Source: a virus (lineage: Duplodnaviria; Caudoviricetes). Taken from it: a stretch of 64,000 nucleotides of DNA. The notes beneath the pieces are model-generated. The model was not told the origin of the DNA. It did not search any database and saw only the letters and a list, made by a program, of their open reading frames with translations. Below are positions 19,821 to 28,705 of this stretch, one piece after another; the stretch's first letter is position 1, and every line of letters begins with the position of its first letter. Made by a program: the position numbers and the translations under genes. Location of the stretch: positions 1 through 64,000 of IMG/VR virus record IMGVR_UViG_3300033121_000954; one strand, written 5' to 3'.

Positions 19821-20904
19821 AAATATAAATTTCTCCTGATTGAATTTTTATGTTGCCATTTTTTTTGTATGTTGCTATATCAGAAAGTCCCCCATCCACG
19901 TCAACTACTGCCGCAGCGTATGCTTCAGGAACCATTGCGGATGATGACAACGTTAATAACGTCGCTTGTTGGAATCCCCAACGAGCAATTGAGTCATCCC
20001 ATCCAAACGCGACACCATTGCCCAAACTACCACTACCAACCATCAGTCCACCATCACCCGTGGTTGAACCGGAATTCAAATAAATGAATCGGTCTTCTAC
20101 ATTAAGGTTTGTGATTTGCAGTTGAACAACGCTACCCAACACAGTCAAGTCACCGGCAATTACCACGTCCTGTCCAAACGTAGAACCGTTGATTGTTGCT
20201 ATTGTACCATTGTATGTGAAATTCGCATTGTCGGTCACAGTATCTGCATCAGACCATAATGTAACACGTCCTGAATTGCCGGTGCCATCAACCAACGAAG
20301 AGCCCCACACCCGCGAATCAATTGCTCGAGTTGAAACTGAATTACCAGCACCTAAAATTAAAACAGTATTGGTTGAGTCAGACCCAAGTCCAGTTAATTG
20401 TAGTGTCGATCCAGTAAATGCAGTACTTGATATAATTTTATTGAATGTAACTGTGGCAGTAGTTCGTAAATCTTGTGGAGCGACTAAATTGATAGCCTTG
20501 CGGGTACCAACAAATGAACTTGATAAATCAAATCCATACGCAGACGATGTAGTAAAAACCAGTGTATCGGTCGCAGTACTGAACGTAAATCCGACTTGGG
20601 AACCTGAAATTACAAAATTTGAGTCCGCATTAACCCCACTCAATCCAGCACCATTTCCAATAAAACTACCAGAAAATGATCCAGACATAATGACTGAATT
20701 TGCACCAGTTTCGCGCAATATCCTACCAATGCCATTTGTTCCTACAATTCCGTATGTTGATGGATTTACACCAACCAAAACACCGCTTGCGCTCGCAGCC
20801 TGTAATCCATTTCCGCCATATAGCGGACTTAATGGGGTGGTGAGGATCAGTGATGCAAGTTCTGCCGCAGAACCGGATACAATTATTTTTTGCCAATTGG
20901 CCAT
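19813..20904 (-). CDS. Ser/Gly/Thr-rich virion fibre-like protein
   Basis: GDLTVLG, NLNVEDRFIYLN fibre motifs; many SGS. Confidence 0.7.
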   Translation of the reverse strand: MANWQKIIVSGSAAELASLILTTPLSPLYGGNGLQAASASGVLVGVNPSTYGIVGTNGIGRILRETGANSVIMSGSFSGSFIGNGAGLSGVNADSNFVISGSQVGFTFSTATDTLVFTTSSAYGFDLSSSFVGTRKAINLVAPQDLRTTATVTFNKIISSTAFTGSTLQLTGLGSDSTNTVLILGAGNSVSTRAIDSRVWGSSLVDGTGNSGRVTLWSDADTVTDNANFTYNGTIATINGSTFGQDVVIAGDLTVLGSVVQLQITNLNVEDRFIYLNSGSTTGDGGLMVGSGSLGNGVAFGWDDSIARWGFQQATLLTLSSSAMVPEAYAAAVVDVDGGLSDIATYKKNGNIKIQSGEIYIYA

Positions 20905-20916
20905 ATTATTTTACTC

Positions 20917-21558
20917 CTACATTCCGAAAAATAAATTACTTCCACTTTTTATCAATCCACCAACAACAATTGGTGGTAAAAAATTGAAGTCTGATAATAC
21001 AAATACTCCATTTGAATTGAATGAAGTTGAAACTGATGCACTACGAACTAAAAAAGTTTGTTGATCCGATGCTATTTTTGTTAAATTTTTAATACTATCA
21101 AATCCAAAACTGGATGTCGTTATTCTACTATCTCCAATTTCAATCGTATTTTCGCTACCACGGATAGATACTAAATGTATGTTATTCTTAACTATAAATA
21201 TAGATTCAGAAACATAAACATTTCGCCACGGACTTGATTGCGATCCTAAATCAAAAGTCGTCCCAAAACTGGACGTGTATGGAAGCAACGAACTGCTAAA
21301 ATTTGCAAATATGGCCAAACTTCCAGTCGTCGCATACAAACTACCCGATGTGATTACAAAAAAGGGTTCACCTGCACCAGAATAACCAGTTTCTCCACGA
21401 TCCCCTTTATCTCCCTTCGCACCTTGAATACCGGGTTCGTAGATTGTAACAACAGGGTCTTCACCAAAAACACATAATGATGAATCTGGACCAAAAACTA
21501 TGTCAAGTTTTGGTTCATCGTTTTCTTCATAAACAAAGATTTTTGAATTTCCAGACAA
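20917..21558 (-). CDS. Virion protein with short collagen-like segment
   Basis: GIQGAKGDKGDRGETG; FDLGS..PWRNVY. Confidence 0.65.
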   Translation of the reverse strand: MSGNSKIFVYEENDEPKLDIVFGPDSSLCVFGEDPVVTIYEPGIQGAKGDKGDRGETGYSGAGEPFFVITSGSLYATTGSLAIFANFSSSLLPYTSSFGTTFDLGSQSSPWRNVYVSESIFIVKNNIHLVSIRGSENTIEIGDSRITTSSFGFDSIKNLTKIASDQQTFLVRSASVSTSFNSNGVFVLSDFNFLPPIVVGGLIKSGSNLFFGM

Positions 21559-21561
21559 TCA

Positions 21562-21909
21562 TTATGTCCCGTAATCTAAACAAACTAATTTATTTTCAAA
21601 CCAACCGAAATTTGATTTGTGAATATCCCCAAATCTACCTTTGAATTGGTGTAATTCTGACTCCGATAATTCTCTGTTTAAAACCTCAACTTTTCGCTGT
21701 ATTTGTATTAACCCGAACCAACTACAAAAATAACTGGGCGATACTAAATTATAAAATTCAGGCAAAAACTTAAAGACTTTACAATAATCTCGTTCTCTCC
21801 AATTTGCCAAACATCCAACCAAAAAATTTGTATGAGAATATGTAAAATTTGGTATTTTTATCACATAATTCCCACAATAAAAAACAATTCTATTAGTCCC
21901 GATTTTCAT
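21562..21909 (-). CDS. Minimal protein-kinase-like fold protein
   Basis: GTNRIV, VIKIP, DIHKSNFG, LDYG in 115 aa. Confidence 0.5.
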   Translation of the reverse strand: MKIGTNRIVFYCGNYVIKIPNFTYSHTNFLVGCLANWRERDYCKVFKFLPEFYNLVSPSYFCSWFGLIQIQRKVEVLNRELSESELHQFKGRFGDIHKSNFGWFENKLVCLDYGT

Positions 21910-22304
21910 TTTGTAACTTCTGGTAATACTTTAAATTTACCTCGCAAAACTTCTTGAACATATTCACTTACACCACTCCCACTATAAATTTCCAAATCAA
22001 AAAATCCCTCCGTCCATGTGAATTGACTGCTTGAATACGCCGATATTGTGATACCAATACTTCCGCTTGTCGCTGGAAGCGTCACAGACGCACTTAAAGG
22101 GGTCTTGGTTAGTCCCGACCCGTCTGGTCCAATACTGGTATTCAAACTGCAATAAACGACGTTAGAATTGAATTGTGGGCGTATTTGCATCCTTGCTTCA
22201 AAATCAGATAGATCAACCCGCTGGGGTGGACTGCCACTCCAATATTCCAACCTACGCTGAAATGTCTTGCCCTGTTTGACTATGAATGTATGGTTATTGC
22301 TCAT
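21906..22304 (-). CDS. BppU-like baseplate/fibre adaptor protein
   Basis: VKQGKTF, VDLSDFEARMQIR, FDLEI, VLRGKF.V.PEVT. Confidence 0.6.
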   Translation of the reverse strand: MSNNHTFIVKQGKTFQRRLEYWSGSPPQRVDLSDFEARMQIRPQFNSNVVYCSLNTSIGPDGSGLTKTPLSASVTLPATSGSIGITISAYSSSQFTWTEGFFDLEIYSGSGVSEYVQEVLRGKFKVLPEVTK

Positions 22305-23227
22305 TTTAATAATTCCAACAAATCATGCACTGCCGGATGTCGGTGATTTTCTTTTAATTCAATGATTGAGACGTGTTTTGATTTTGCCAGTTTATGTATT
22401 GCGTGAATACTTGATGTGGACGATTGTTTTAAATCAATCTGGTCTATATCTCCACAAAATATCATTATTGATCCCTTTCCAATCCTTCCTAACGCCATTT
22501 TTAATTGATTTATAGTTAAATTCTGGGATTCGTCAATTATACAAACCGAATCTTGGAAAGTTCGTCCCCGAAAATGGGCGAGGGAAACAATTTCAATCAC
22601 CCCATCCTCTTCCATCTTTTTTAATTTTGCCGGATTGTTATAAAACTTTCGCATATTGTCTCGAATGGGAACTAACCAAGGCTCCATTTTTTCTTCAAAT
22701 GTTCCGGGTAAGAATCCAATATCTTCAGTGGACACGGTTGGGCGAGTTATTACAATTTTGGATTTCAATCCTTTGAAAATCATATCAAGTGCAACCGCTG
22801 AAGCCAAAAACGTATTGTGATGTATAATTCCATTTGAAGTTTGATATAGTTTTTCTTTTGAGTCGACGCAAAAGTCAAATACATCGGATTCATCTGAAGT
22901 TCTAATATCAATTAATTTCAATTCCGTGCCATCTGCATCTATTACAACATCATTCAATTTTAATGTATTTGATGCTACACAATCAATGAAATTGGTACAT
23001 ATCAAATGATTATCGCCAACTTTTAATATTGTCCCATCATCAAATGTCAAAATTCTAATCAAATCTCGCTTTTTAATAAGTCCAATAATATTGATCCATT
23101 CTGATTTTTCATTTTTTATTTGTATTTTGGGGCTTTGGATATACGCTACATCCAATTCAAATAAATGTGAATCATATTGTTCTATATATTCAAACAATTT
23201 TTGAATATTAATTGATATTTCTTTCAT
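22301..23227 (-). CDS. phoH: Split-intein C-fragment (aa 1-138) fused to PhoH C-terminal extein
   Basis: DNH block B, VFDF.V block F, NGIIHHN/T block G; then PhoH motifs ITRP, IGFLPG, RGRTF, IIDESQN, GDIDQID, HRHP. Confidence 0.92.
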   Translation of the reverse strand: MKEISINIQKLFEYIEQYDSHLFELDVAYIQSPKIQIKNEKSEWINIIGLIKKRDLIRILTFDDGTILKVGDNHLICTNFIDCVASNTLKLNDVVIDADGTELKLIDIRTSDESDVFDFCVDSKEKLYQTSNGIIHHNTFLASAVALDMIFKGLKSKIVITRPTVSTEDIGFLPGTFEEKMEPWLVPIRDNMRKFYNNPAKLKKMEEDGVIEIVSLAHFRGRTFQDSVCIIDESQNLTINQLKMALGRIGKGSIMIFCGDIDQIDLKQSSTSSIHAIHKLAKSKHVSIIELKENHRHPAVHDLLELLK

Positions 23228-24441
23228 AATTTTATTCTGATAAATTTACATTTCAATAGTGAAACTATTTCTTCTTGTCGCCGGACATCCTTCGGTTTGA
23301 GATTACCAGATGTATCATAATGATGTCTTTCATCTATTTCTATAACTATATTATTATGATAGTCATACCCATCAACCCAATAGTTTAATTCCTTGATATG
23401 ATATTCTCCTCCATTCAAGGCATGTTTGAAATTGTACCCATGTTCTTCCCCATATCTATCTATAATTTTACACCCAATTGGGTTGAAATTAGGTACCCAT
23501 TTTCCAAGACCATTTCTTGATATACTTGCCTTTATCCTGTGATCTGTATATCTGGTTTTCCCCTTATTCCACGGTGTGAAGTATGGGCGATTAGTTATCT
23601 GCTTATTGATGATTTCCGGAGAAATATACCTTCCTTTATTTGCCCTCGCCGATTTTTCATATCGTTGGAAATCTTCGCTGATAAATTTCTTTAATTGATT
23701 TGCCCGCTCCAACCCATATGATTCCTCATATGTCTTTCCTGTATTATGTTGATCATGCGTCTTATAATATTGTTTTTTGGCAAGTGAATGCAAAACGCAT
23801 CTTTCGGGTGTCCATTTTCTTCCCTTTAATTTCTGACCACCTTTGCCACGTTCTTTGTTGATGCGATCTTTCTCGTCTTGTGGTTTTGAATTCATAGTAT
23901 TCAGCCACTTTTCAACTATTTTTTCTTTACGGGCGATTCCTTCATCAATACCATATTTTGATATTAATTTATTGAGTGAATTATTATCTATTATTTCGGC
24001 AGCCTTTCGTATAGCGTCTGATTCTGTCAAACCTTGCCTCACCCAATATTCAGGACACCTAACTGATATTTGCCGCCGCTTTTCTTTAGTGTCATATTTT
24101 TTTAGATATTTTAAATTGTTTGCTGTTTGATATGAGTTTGCTCTCTTAATAGATTCATCATAATCATAACCCTTCGCAAACCAATATTTCCAATCATAAA
24201 CTGTCGTGATCGTATAAATTCTTAAACTTTTAATGTAGTTTCCAAGTCGTTTGCGTGGAATAGTGGGGGTCTCATCAATAAATTTAGATATTATTAATGC
24301 AGTATCTAAAGATATATTTGAAAATGATTTGAAATCATTAATTATTGACTTGGCGTTCATCAATGCTTCTAAATCATAGATGTCATTAACAGTATAATAT
24401 TCCTTATGTTTTCCGTATTTACAAGATACTATCAAAATCAC
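23224..24441 (-). CDS. Free-standing homing endonuclease-like protein (C-terminal Vsr/PD-(D/E)xK-like domain)
   Basis: KYG..EG and PWNKG repeats; HALNGGEY...VDGYD...VIEIDE.HH...RQ.EI...FIRI; lies between the two phoH halves. Confidence 0.8.
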   Translation of the reverse strand: MILIVSCKYGKHKEYYTVNDIYDLEALMNAKSIINDFKSFSNISLDTALIISKFIDETPTIPRKRLGNYIKSLRIYTITTVYDWKYWFAKGYDYDESIKRANSYQTANNLKYLKKYDTKEKRRQISVRCPEYWVRQGLTESDAIRKAAEIIDNNSLNKLISKYGIDEGIARKEKIVEKWLNTMNSKPQDEKDRINKERGKGGQKLKGRKWTPERCVLHSLAKKQYYKTHDQHNTGKTYEESYGLERANQLKKFISEDFQRYEKSARANKGRYISPEIINKQITNRPYFTPWNKGKTRYTDHRIKASISRNGLGKWVPNFNPIGCKIIDRYGEEHGYNFKHALNGGEYHIKELNYWVDGYDYHNNIVIEIDERHHYDTSGNLKPKDVRRQEEIVSLLKCKFIRIKL

Positions 24442-24656
24442 TCCTCAACGTTTGCAATAAAATCATAAAACTCGTCACTGATCATTAATGTTAACTCAGT
24501 TGAACCGTGTAGGCACTTGGCAGTACCAGCCTCGCCTAATAAAAATACAACAGTACTTTCTAATATTTTCTGCTTTGCTATTTTCTGCTCGTCCGTGAGT
24601 GAAAGTGAATATTTAATATCAGATTTTGGTTGACGTTTCTTATCGTTATCCAGCAT
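24438..24656 (-). CDS. phoH: PhoH N-terminal extein (47 aa) plus 25-aa split-intein N-fragment
   Basis: LTDEQK...GEAGTAK (Walker A lacking its Thr) followed by CLHGSTEL (intein block A). Confidence 0.9.
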   Translation of the reverse strand: MLDNDKKRQPKSDIKYSLSLTDEQKIAKQKILESTVVFLLGEAGTAKCLHGSTELTLMISDEFYDFIANVEE

Positions 24657-24691
24657 AGGCCCTTTTTAGTATAAATATCATTTACCAAAAT

Positions 24692-24733
24692 AAAAACCCC
24701 CCACATCGTGTATATGACGAAGGGGGGCATTTT
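24692..24733. terminator. Terminator after kinase gene
   Basis: aaaacccccc...gggggg stem; T-run on minus strand. Confidence 0.65.
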
Positions 24734-24753
24734 AAATATGCGATAACTATATT

Positions 24754-26412
24754 TTATTGTTTTTTATTTATCAAAAATACTGAATCTCCGGTCTGAATTA
24801 CCATCCCCGAGTTTGTGTGATAAATTCGTGAATCAAACGTGCAGACTGAACATTCTATTGTAGATACAATCTGCCAGTTATTTATAGGATTTATTAAATT
24901 TATTTTCCCGTCTTCTGTCACAAATACAAATCCCTGTTTAACATCAAAATAACGCCATTCCGGTATATCACAGCCAATTTTCAAATTCAATCCATCTATT
25001 TTGCAGAGTGTGTATCGGGTTTTGTTATTTTCCAGATGCTCAATTAGCACATATCCTCTCCGCTTGTAAACATTTTTGATGTTAAATGGAGTTTTGATGA
25101 TATTAAAATTGTTTTTATTGAAGTCTAATAACCATTTTTTGTCTCCAATATTTTGCCAAATTCCACCATCTCCGAATTGTAAAGATTTCACAAAAATGTC
25201 GGATTGATTAGACAATATGTTATCATTCAATACATCGTCAATTGATAATATTTCATACTTGTTTAAAACTGAACTTAACAAGACCACCGAATTGTTATCA
25301 GATAAACACGTCAACCCGTGAGTATTTGAGATATTTTTAATTTTGGACGATTCCTTCCAAAAATAGTCCAATTTTTGATATATCACGTTGGAGTTACCCG
25401 CAAAGACTTTTTGGGCATCTGTGATCGTATATAGTTTATTATATACTCCAAAATCACGAACTGATAATACACTCCAAACACCATCCTTCAAATATGCAAT
25501 AAAATTATCCGATATTGCAACGTCTGCAATATTTGAGTCAATTTGTCGTATATACAAATCACTTGATTGTATAATGGCTGGGTGTGAAATTGTTTGTGAT
25601 TGTAAAATTTGCGGTTGACCGCTTAAATCCACAATAAATCGCATACCATCATGGAATACCTGTTTAAATTGATCTACAACTGTTTGGTTTGTAAATGGAT
25701 GGTAGCATTTCGGAATTGTAATTGGCAAATTTGACAACACGCTTGATTTTTTGCAAACTCGCTCCTCCAGTGTTTTGTGTTGCGCATAATCTCCACGGAA
25801 TGGATGCAAGAACGTGAACATCCAAAACGTCAGTATATCAAACGCAAAATAATCAGTGGTATTATCAACTTTTGGATGTTGTAACCAATCCCGTATATCT
25901 TCCAACAATACTCCATTGTGTGGGTTTGATTTAGTCCCAAAACTGTCAACATCCAACATTACGATTTCGCCAGTACTATTGACCAAAATATTGTATGGAT
26001 TCAAATCTCCAATTACAATTCCCAGTGAGTGTGCATTTTTTACTGCGGTTGCTAAATTTTGATAAATTTTGTATTTGATTTTTTTATCAAATCCGTTCTG
26101 CAAACAAAATGTGTTATTGAAAATTTTCTTCAACACTACATATTTTTGCATATCAACGTAGCGCATTGAAAATCCTGCAATTTCTCCTTGATGTGTATAA
26201 TAAATTTCGTCTGGTTTTACAAATTCGTTGCTCAATTTATTCAATTCAAGTAACGATTGTTCAAGTTTCAATCCACGGGGTTTGTGATAAACTTTAACAA
26301 CTTTTGTTTTATCAGACGGATGTTCACAAATTGAACCTTCTCCCCCACTCGCAAAGCATTTTGCAACATTTACATCAAATAACAGTTGCTTATTTTTGTT
26401 ATAGAGTTGCAT
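24754..26412 (-). CDS. Ser/Thr protein kinase-like protein with beta-rich C-terminal domain
   Basis: SGGEGSI, VVKVY, GDLNPYNIL, LDVDS, DYFAF. Confidence 0.88.
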   Translation of the reverse strand: MQLYNKNKQLLFDVNVAKCFASGGEGSICEHPSDKTKVVKVYHKPRGLKLEQSLLELNKLSNEFVKPDEIYYTHQGEIAGFSMRYVDMQKYVVLKKIFNNTFCLQNGFDKKIKYKIYQNLATAVKNAHSLGIVIGDLNPYNILVNSTGEIVMLDVDSFGTKSNPHNGVLLEDIRDWLQHPKVDNTTDYFAFDILTFWMFTFLHPFRGDYAQHKTLEERVCKKSSVLSNLPITIPKCYHPFTNQTVVDQFKQVFHDGMRFIVDLSGQPQILQSQTISHPAIIQSSDLYIRQIDSNIADVAISDNFIAYLKDGVWSVLSVRDFGVYNKLYTITDAQKVFAGNSNVIYQKLDYFWKESSKIKNISNTHGLTCLSDNNSVVLLSSVLNKYEILSIDDVLNDNILSNQSDIFVKSLQFGDGGIWQNIGDKKWLLDFNKNNFNIIKTPFNIKNVYKRRGYVLIEHLENNKTRYTLCKIDGLNLKIGCDIPEWRYFDVKQGFVFVTEDGKINLINPINNWQIVSTIECSVCTFDSRIYHTNSGMVIQTGDSVFLINKKQ

Positions 26413-27157
26413 ATTTTATGATTGTTAGATCATCTTTAATATCCCACCAATACAATTCGTCTGACCGTTTCAATTCTTCGTCTCGGCTGGTAAGAATGTT
26501 AAATTTTTTATTCAATTGGTTTGTAAGCGCGTTGTATTCATCATTTCGCAACAAAAAATCAATTGCAATTTGTTTTGGGATATGGGGATTTTTCAAATTC
26601 ACAAACGAATCAATTCCATCAGTGCAAATTGCAAAATTTTGAACATTTACAAATTGCTCAACTCTACGAGTCCTGATCCATTTTAAAAAATCAAACCATT
26701 CATAATCAATATAATATGTCAAATAATCAGGCGTATTCAATTCGTCGTTTTTATAAGTTACTCCATTTACAACGATAGTCCCGTCCCCAATAAATCTAAC
26801 ATATAATTCGCATTTATGTTTATTGTAGATAAAAAATATGACAGTGGACAATAAATGCAAATCTGATAAATTGAGTACAGATTTTAAATCTTTCAATATA
26901 CCATGCACTTTAACAGTTAACGTGCAAAAATATGCGTCATACTTAGATGGGTGCGGTGGTACCGCAGAATTATCATCCGAATACGCTTTTTCAAGTGCAT
27001 ATTTAAACGCTGTTGATGCAAAGTGGGAATTAATTCCAGTTGAACATCCGTCCAATACTGCACCAACTATAAATTCGTCCGTTTCTTCAATAAAATAGTT
27101 ATCTTCACACCAATTTGGATGGGTGGTTGATCGTTTGTTTAGTATTGAAATCATCAC
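26399..27157 (-). CDS. PP2C-family phosphatase
   Basis: CEDN, VLDGCS, IGDG, CTDG, DDLT motifs. Confidence 0.88.
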   Translation of the reverse strand: MMISILNKRSTTHPNWCEDNYFIEETDEFIVGAVLDGCSTGINSHFASTAFKYALEKAYSDDNSAVPPHPSKYDAYFCTLTVKVHGILKDLKSVLNLSDLHLLSTVIFFIYNKHKCELYVRFIGDGTIVVNGVTYKNDELNTPDYLTYYIDYEWFDFLKWIRTRRVEQFVNVQNFAICTDGIDSFVNLKNPHIPKQIAIDFLLRNDEYNALTNQLNKKFNILTSRDEELKRSDELYWWDIKDDLTIIKYATL

Positions 27158-27169
27158 GAGATAATAAAA

Positions 27170-27202
27170 TGGGGAGATATTGGTTTTAATAGTATCTCCC
27201 CA
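27170..27202 (-). terminator. Hairpin / terminator between vWA and PP2C genes
   Basis: tggggagata...tatctcccca 10-bp stem followed by TTT on the minus strand. Confidence 0.65.
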
Positions 27203-27207
27203 ATTGG

Positions 27208-27906
27208 TTAAAAGTTCGGAACCGCAGTTCCACTACTCGATTTACTTACACTCTGCGAAACGGTTGCAAGCATCTTTTTGAAATCTTGTCCAGTTGCGCC
27301 AGTTCTCAACAATGCAGTGCGATCAATACTCAGAGAATCACAAGTTTTTTCAAATTCGGCATCATTTCCGACTCCATACATAAAAATTGTAAATTTGCCG
27401 TACAATCGCTCATCTTGTCGGATTTGATCCAAAATTCTGCGAACAGTATATCCGGTTCGGTCTGAACCCTCATTAAATTCACCATCGGTTACGACAACGA
27501 GATTATACCGCACATCCGTGCCGTTTCGTTGCAGATTTTTGCCGTAATCAAGCATAGATTCCAACGCAATTCTTACACCATCAAATCCAGAAGTCGTATC
27601 CCCACTGTTTGAAAACAGTCGTTTACTCGTGTCAAACCCAACTACTGGCTGCCAACCACTGTCCACCGTTACGTTCCCACCAAATGTAACAATCTGGAAA
27701 AACAGTTCATCGGCAATGTGTGAATTTTTTTCTGCTGCGAGAAATTCTTGTAATTTGTCGTTGAATTCTTGGTCATACTTCGCGGTTGAACCACTGCGAT
27801 CTACACAAAGGCTGAGTAGTACAACTCGCTCTTGATCTACCGAGTTTGGATCAAAATTTGCGCCGAGTGTGTAAGACATCGGCGGCGCTACAAATTCGTT
27901 TGTCAT
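27208..27906 (-). CDS. vWA domain protein, TerY-like
   Basis: MIDAS DRSGS, IVTFG, VVTDG, YGVG; C-terminal VSQSVSKSS. Confidence 0.85.
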   Translation of the reverse strand: MTNEFVAPPMSYTLGANFDPNSVDQERVVLLSLCVDRSGSTAKYDQEFNDKLQEFLAAEKNSHIADELFFQIVTFGGNVTVDSGWQPVVGFDTSKRLFSNSGDTTSGFDGVRIALESMLDYGKNLQRNGTDVRYNLVVVTDGEFNEGSDRTGYTVRRILDQIRQDERLYGKFTIFMYGVGNDAEFEKTCDSLSIDRTALLRTGATGQDFKKMLATVSQSVSKSSSGTAVPNF

Positions 27907-28033
27907 ATTTTTTATATTTTTTTGTTTTAAGATTCGTCATCCATCATACTTCGCTGTCGGCCGCCAACGACCTCTTTGCTTGTATGACTCATTTTATTTT
28001 TTTGCTCATAATGCTACGCAGATAACCCCTGAC

Positions 28034-28696
28034 TCACTGGGAGGCGAGGCGGAAGCCGATATTGAAGTGGCGGAACGCCGGCCCGTTGCGGCCGCGATAA
28101 GCAGAGCGGCAGCCCCGAGCATCGCCGAACCAGCCGCCGCCGCGAAACACGCGGAGCACGCCCGAATCCGGTCCCGTTGGGTTGATTTGCGGCTCGGCGG
28201 GGTAGTCTCCATACCAATCATTGCACCATTGCCACACGTTGCCGCTCATGTCGTGGAGACCCAGTTCGTTGGGCTTTTTCCGGCCGACGGGGCGGGTGCG
28301 TGAGTTGGAGTTTTTATACCACCAAGCGACTTCTTCCAAGTCGTTGCTTCCTGCGTACAAGTAGCCTTTGCTTTGAACGCCGCCACGAGCAGCGAACTCC
28401 CACTCCGCTTCCGTCGGCAAACGATATTGCCGGCCCGTCAACGAGTTGAGTTTTTGGATGAACTCCTGACAGTCGTTCCAACTCACATTTTCTACAGGTA
28501 AGTCATCGCCTTTGAAATGGCTGGGGTTGTTACCCATGACCGCAACCCACTGGGCCTGCGTCACGGGGTATTTTCCGATGTAGAAGTCGTGGAGAGTGAC
28601 TTCGTGCTGACGCTCGTCGTCCCAGCGACCGTCTTCGCTTTCCGGGCTGCCCATTAGGAACGTGCCGCCTTGGACAAAAATCATTTCTATGTTCAT
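28034..28696 (-). CDS. FGE-sulfatase (CLec-fold) domain protein, high GC
   Basis: FLMGS, YPVTQAQW, PVENVSW, RLPTEAEWEFAARGG, NELGLHDMSGNVWQW, RGGGW, GFRL. Confidence 0.93.
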   Translation of the reverse strand: MNIEMIFVQGGTFLMGSPESEDGRWDDERQHEVTLHDFYIGKYPVTQAQWVAVMGNNPSHFKGDDLPVENVSWNDCQEFIQKLNSLTGRQYRLPTEAEWEFAARGGVQSKGYLYAGSNDLEEVAWWYKNSNSRTRPVGRKKPNELGLHDMSGNVWQWCNDWYGDYPAEPQINPTGPDSGVLRVFRGGGWFGDARGCRSAYRGRNGPAFRHFNIGFRLASQ

Positions 28697-28705
28697 ACTA
28701 TTTTT

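Noticed and set aside
20189-21064. 291-aa + strand ORF; similarly 39222..39842 (poly-Ser) and 41211..41927
   Set aside because: Antisense to well-supported structural genes; composition mirrors the sense codons
23224-24441. Group I intron explanation for the phoH interruption
   Set aside because: No non-coding flanks for a ribozyme core (ORFs overlap by ATGA on both sides) and intein termini are clear
27980-28303. Overlapping ORFs in the GC-rich patch
   Set aside because: Explained by stop-codon scarcity at high GC; the FGE frame has all the motifs
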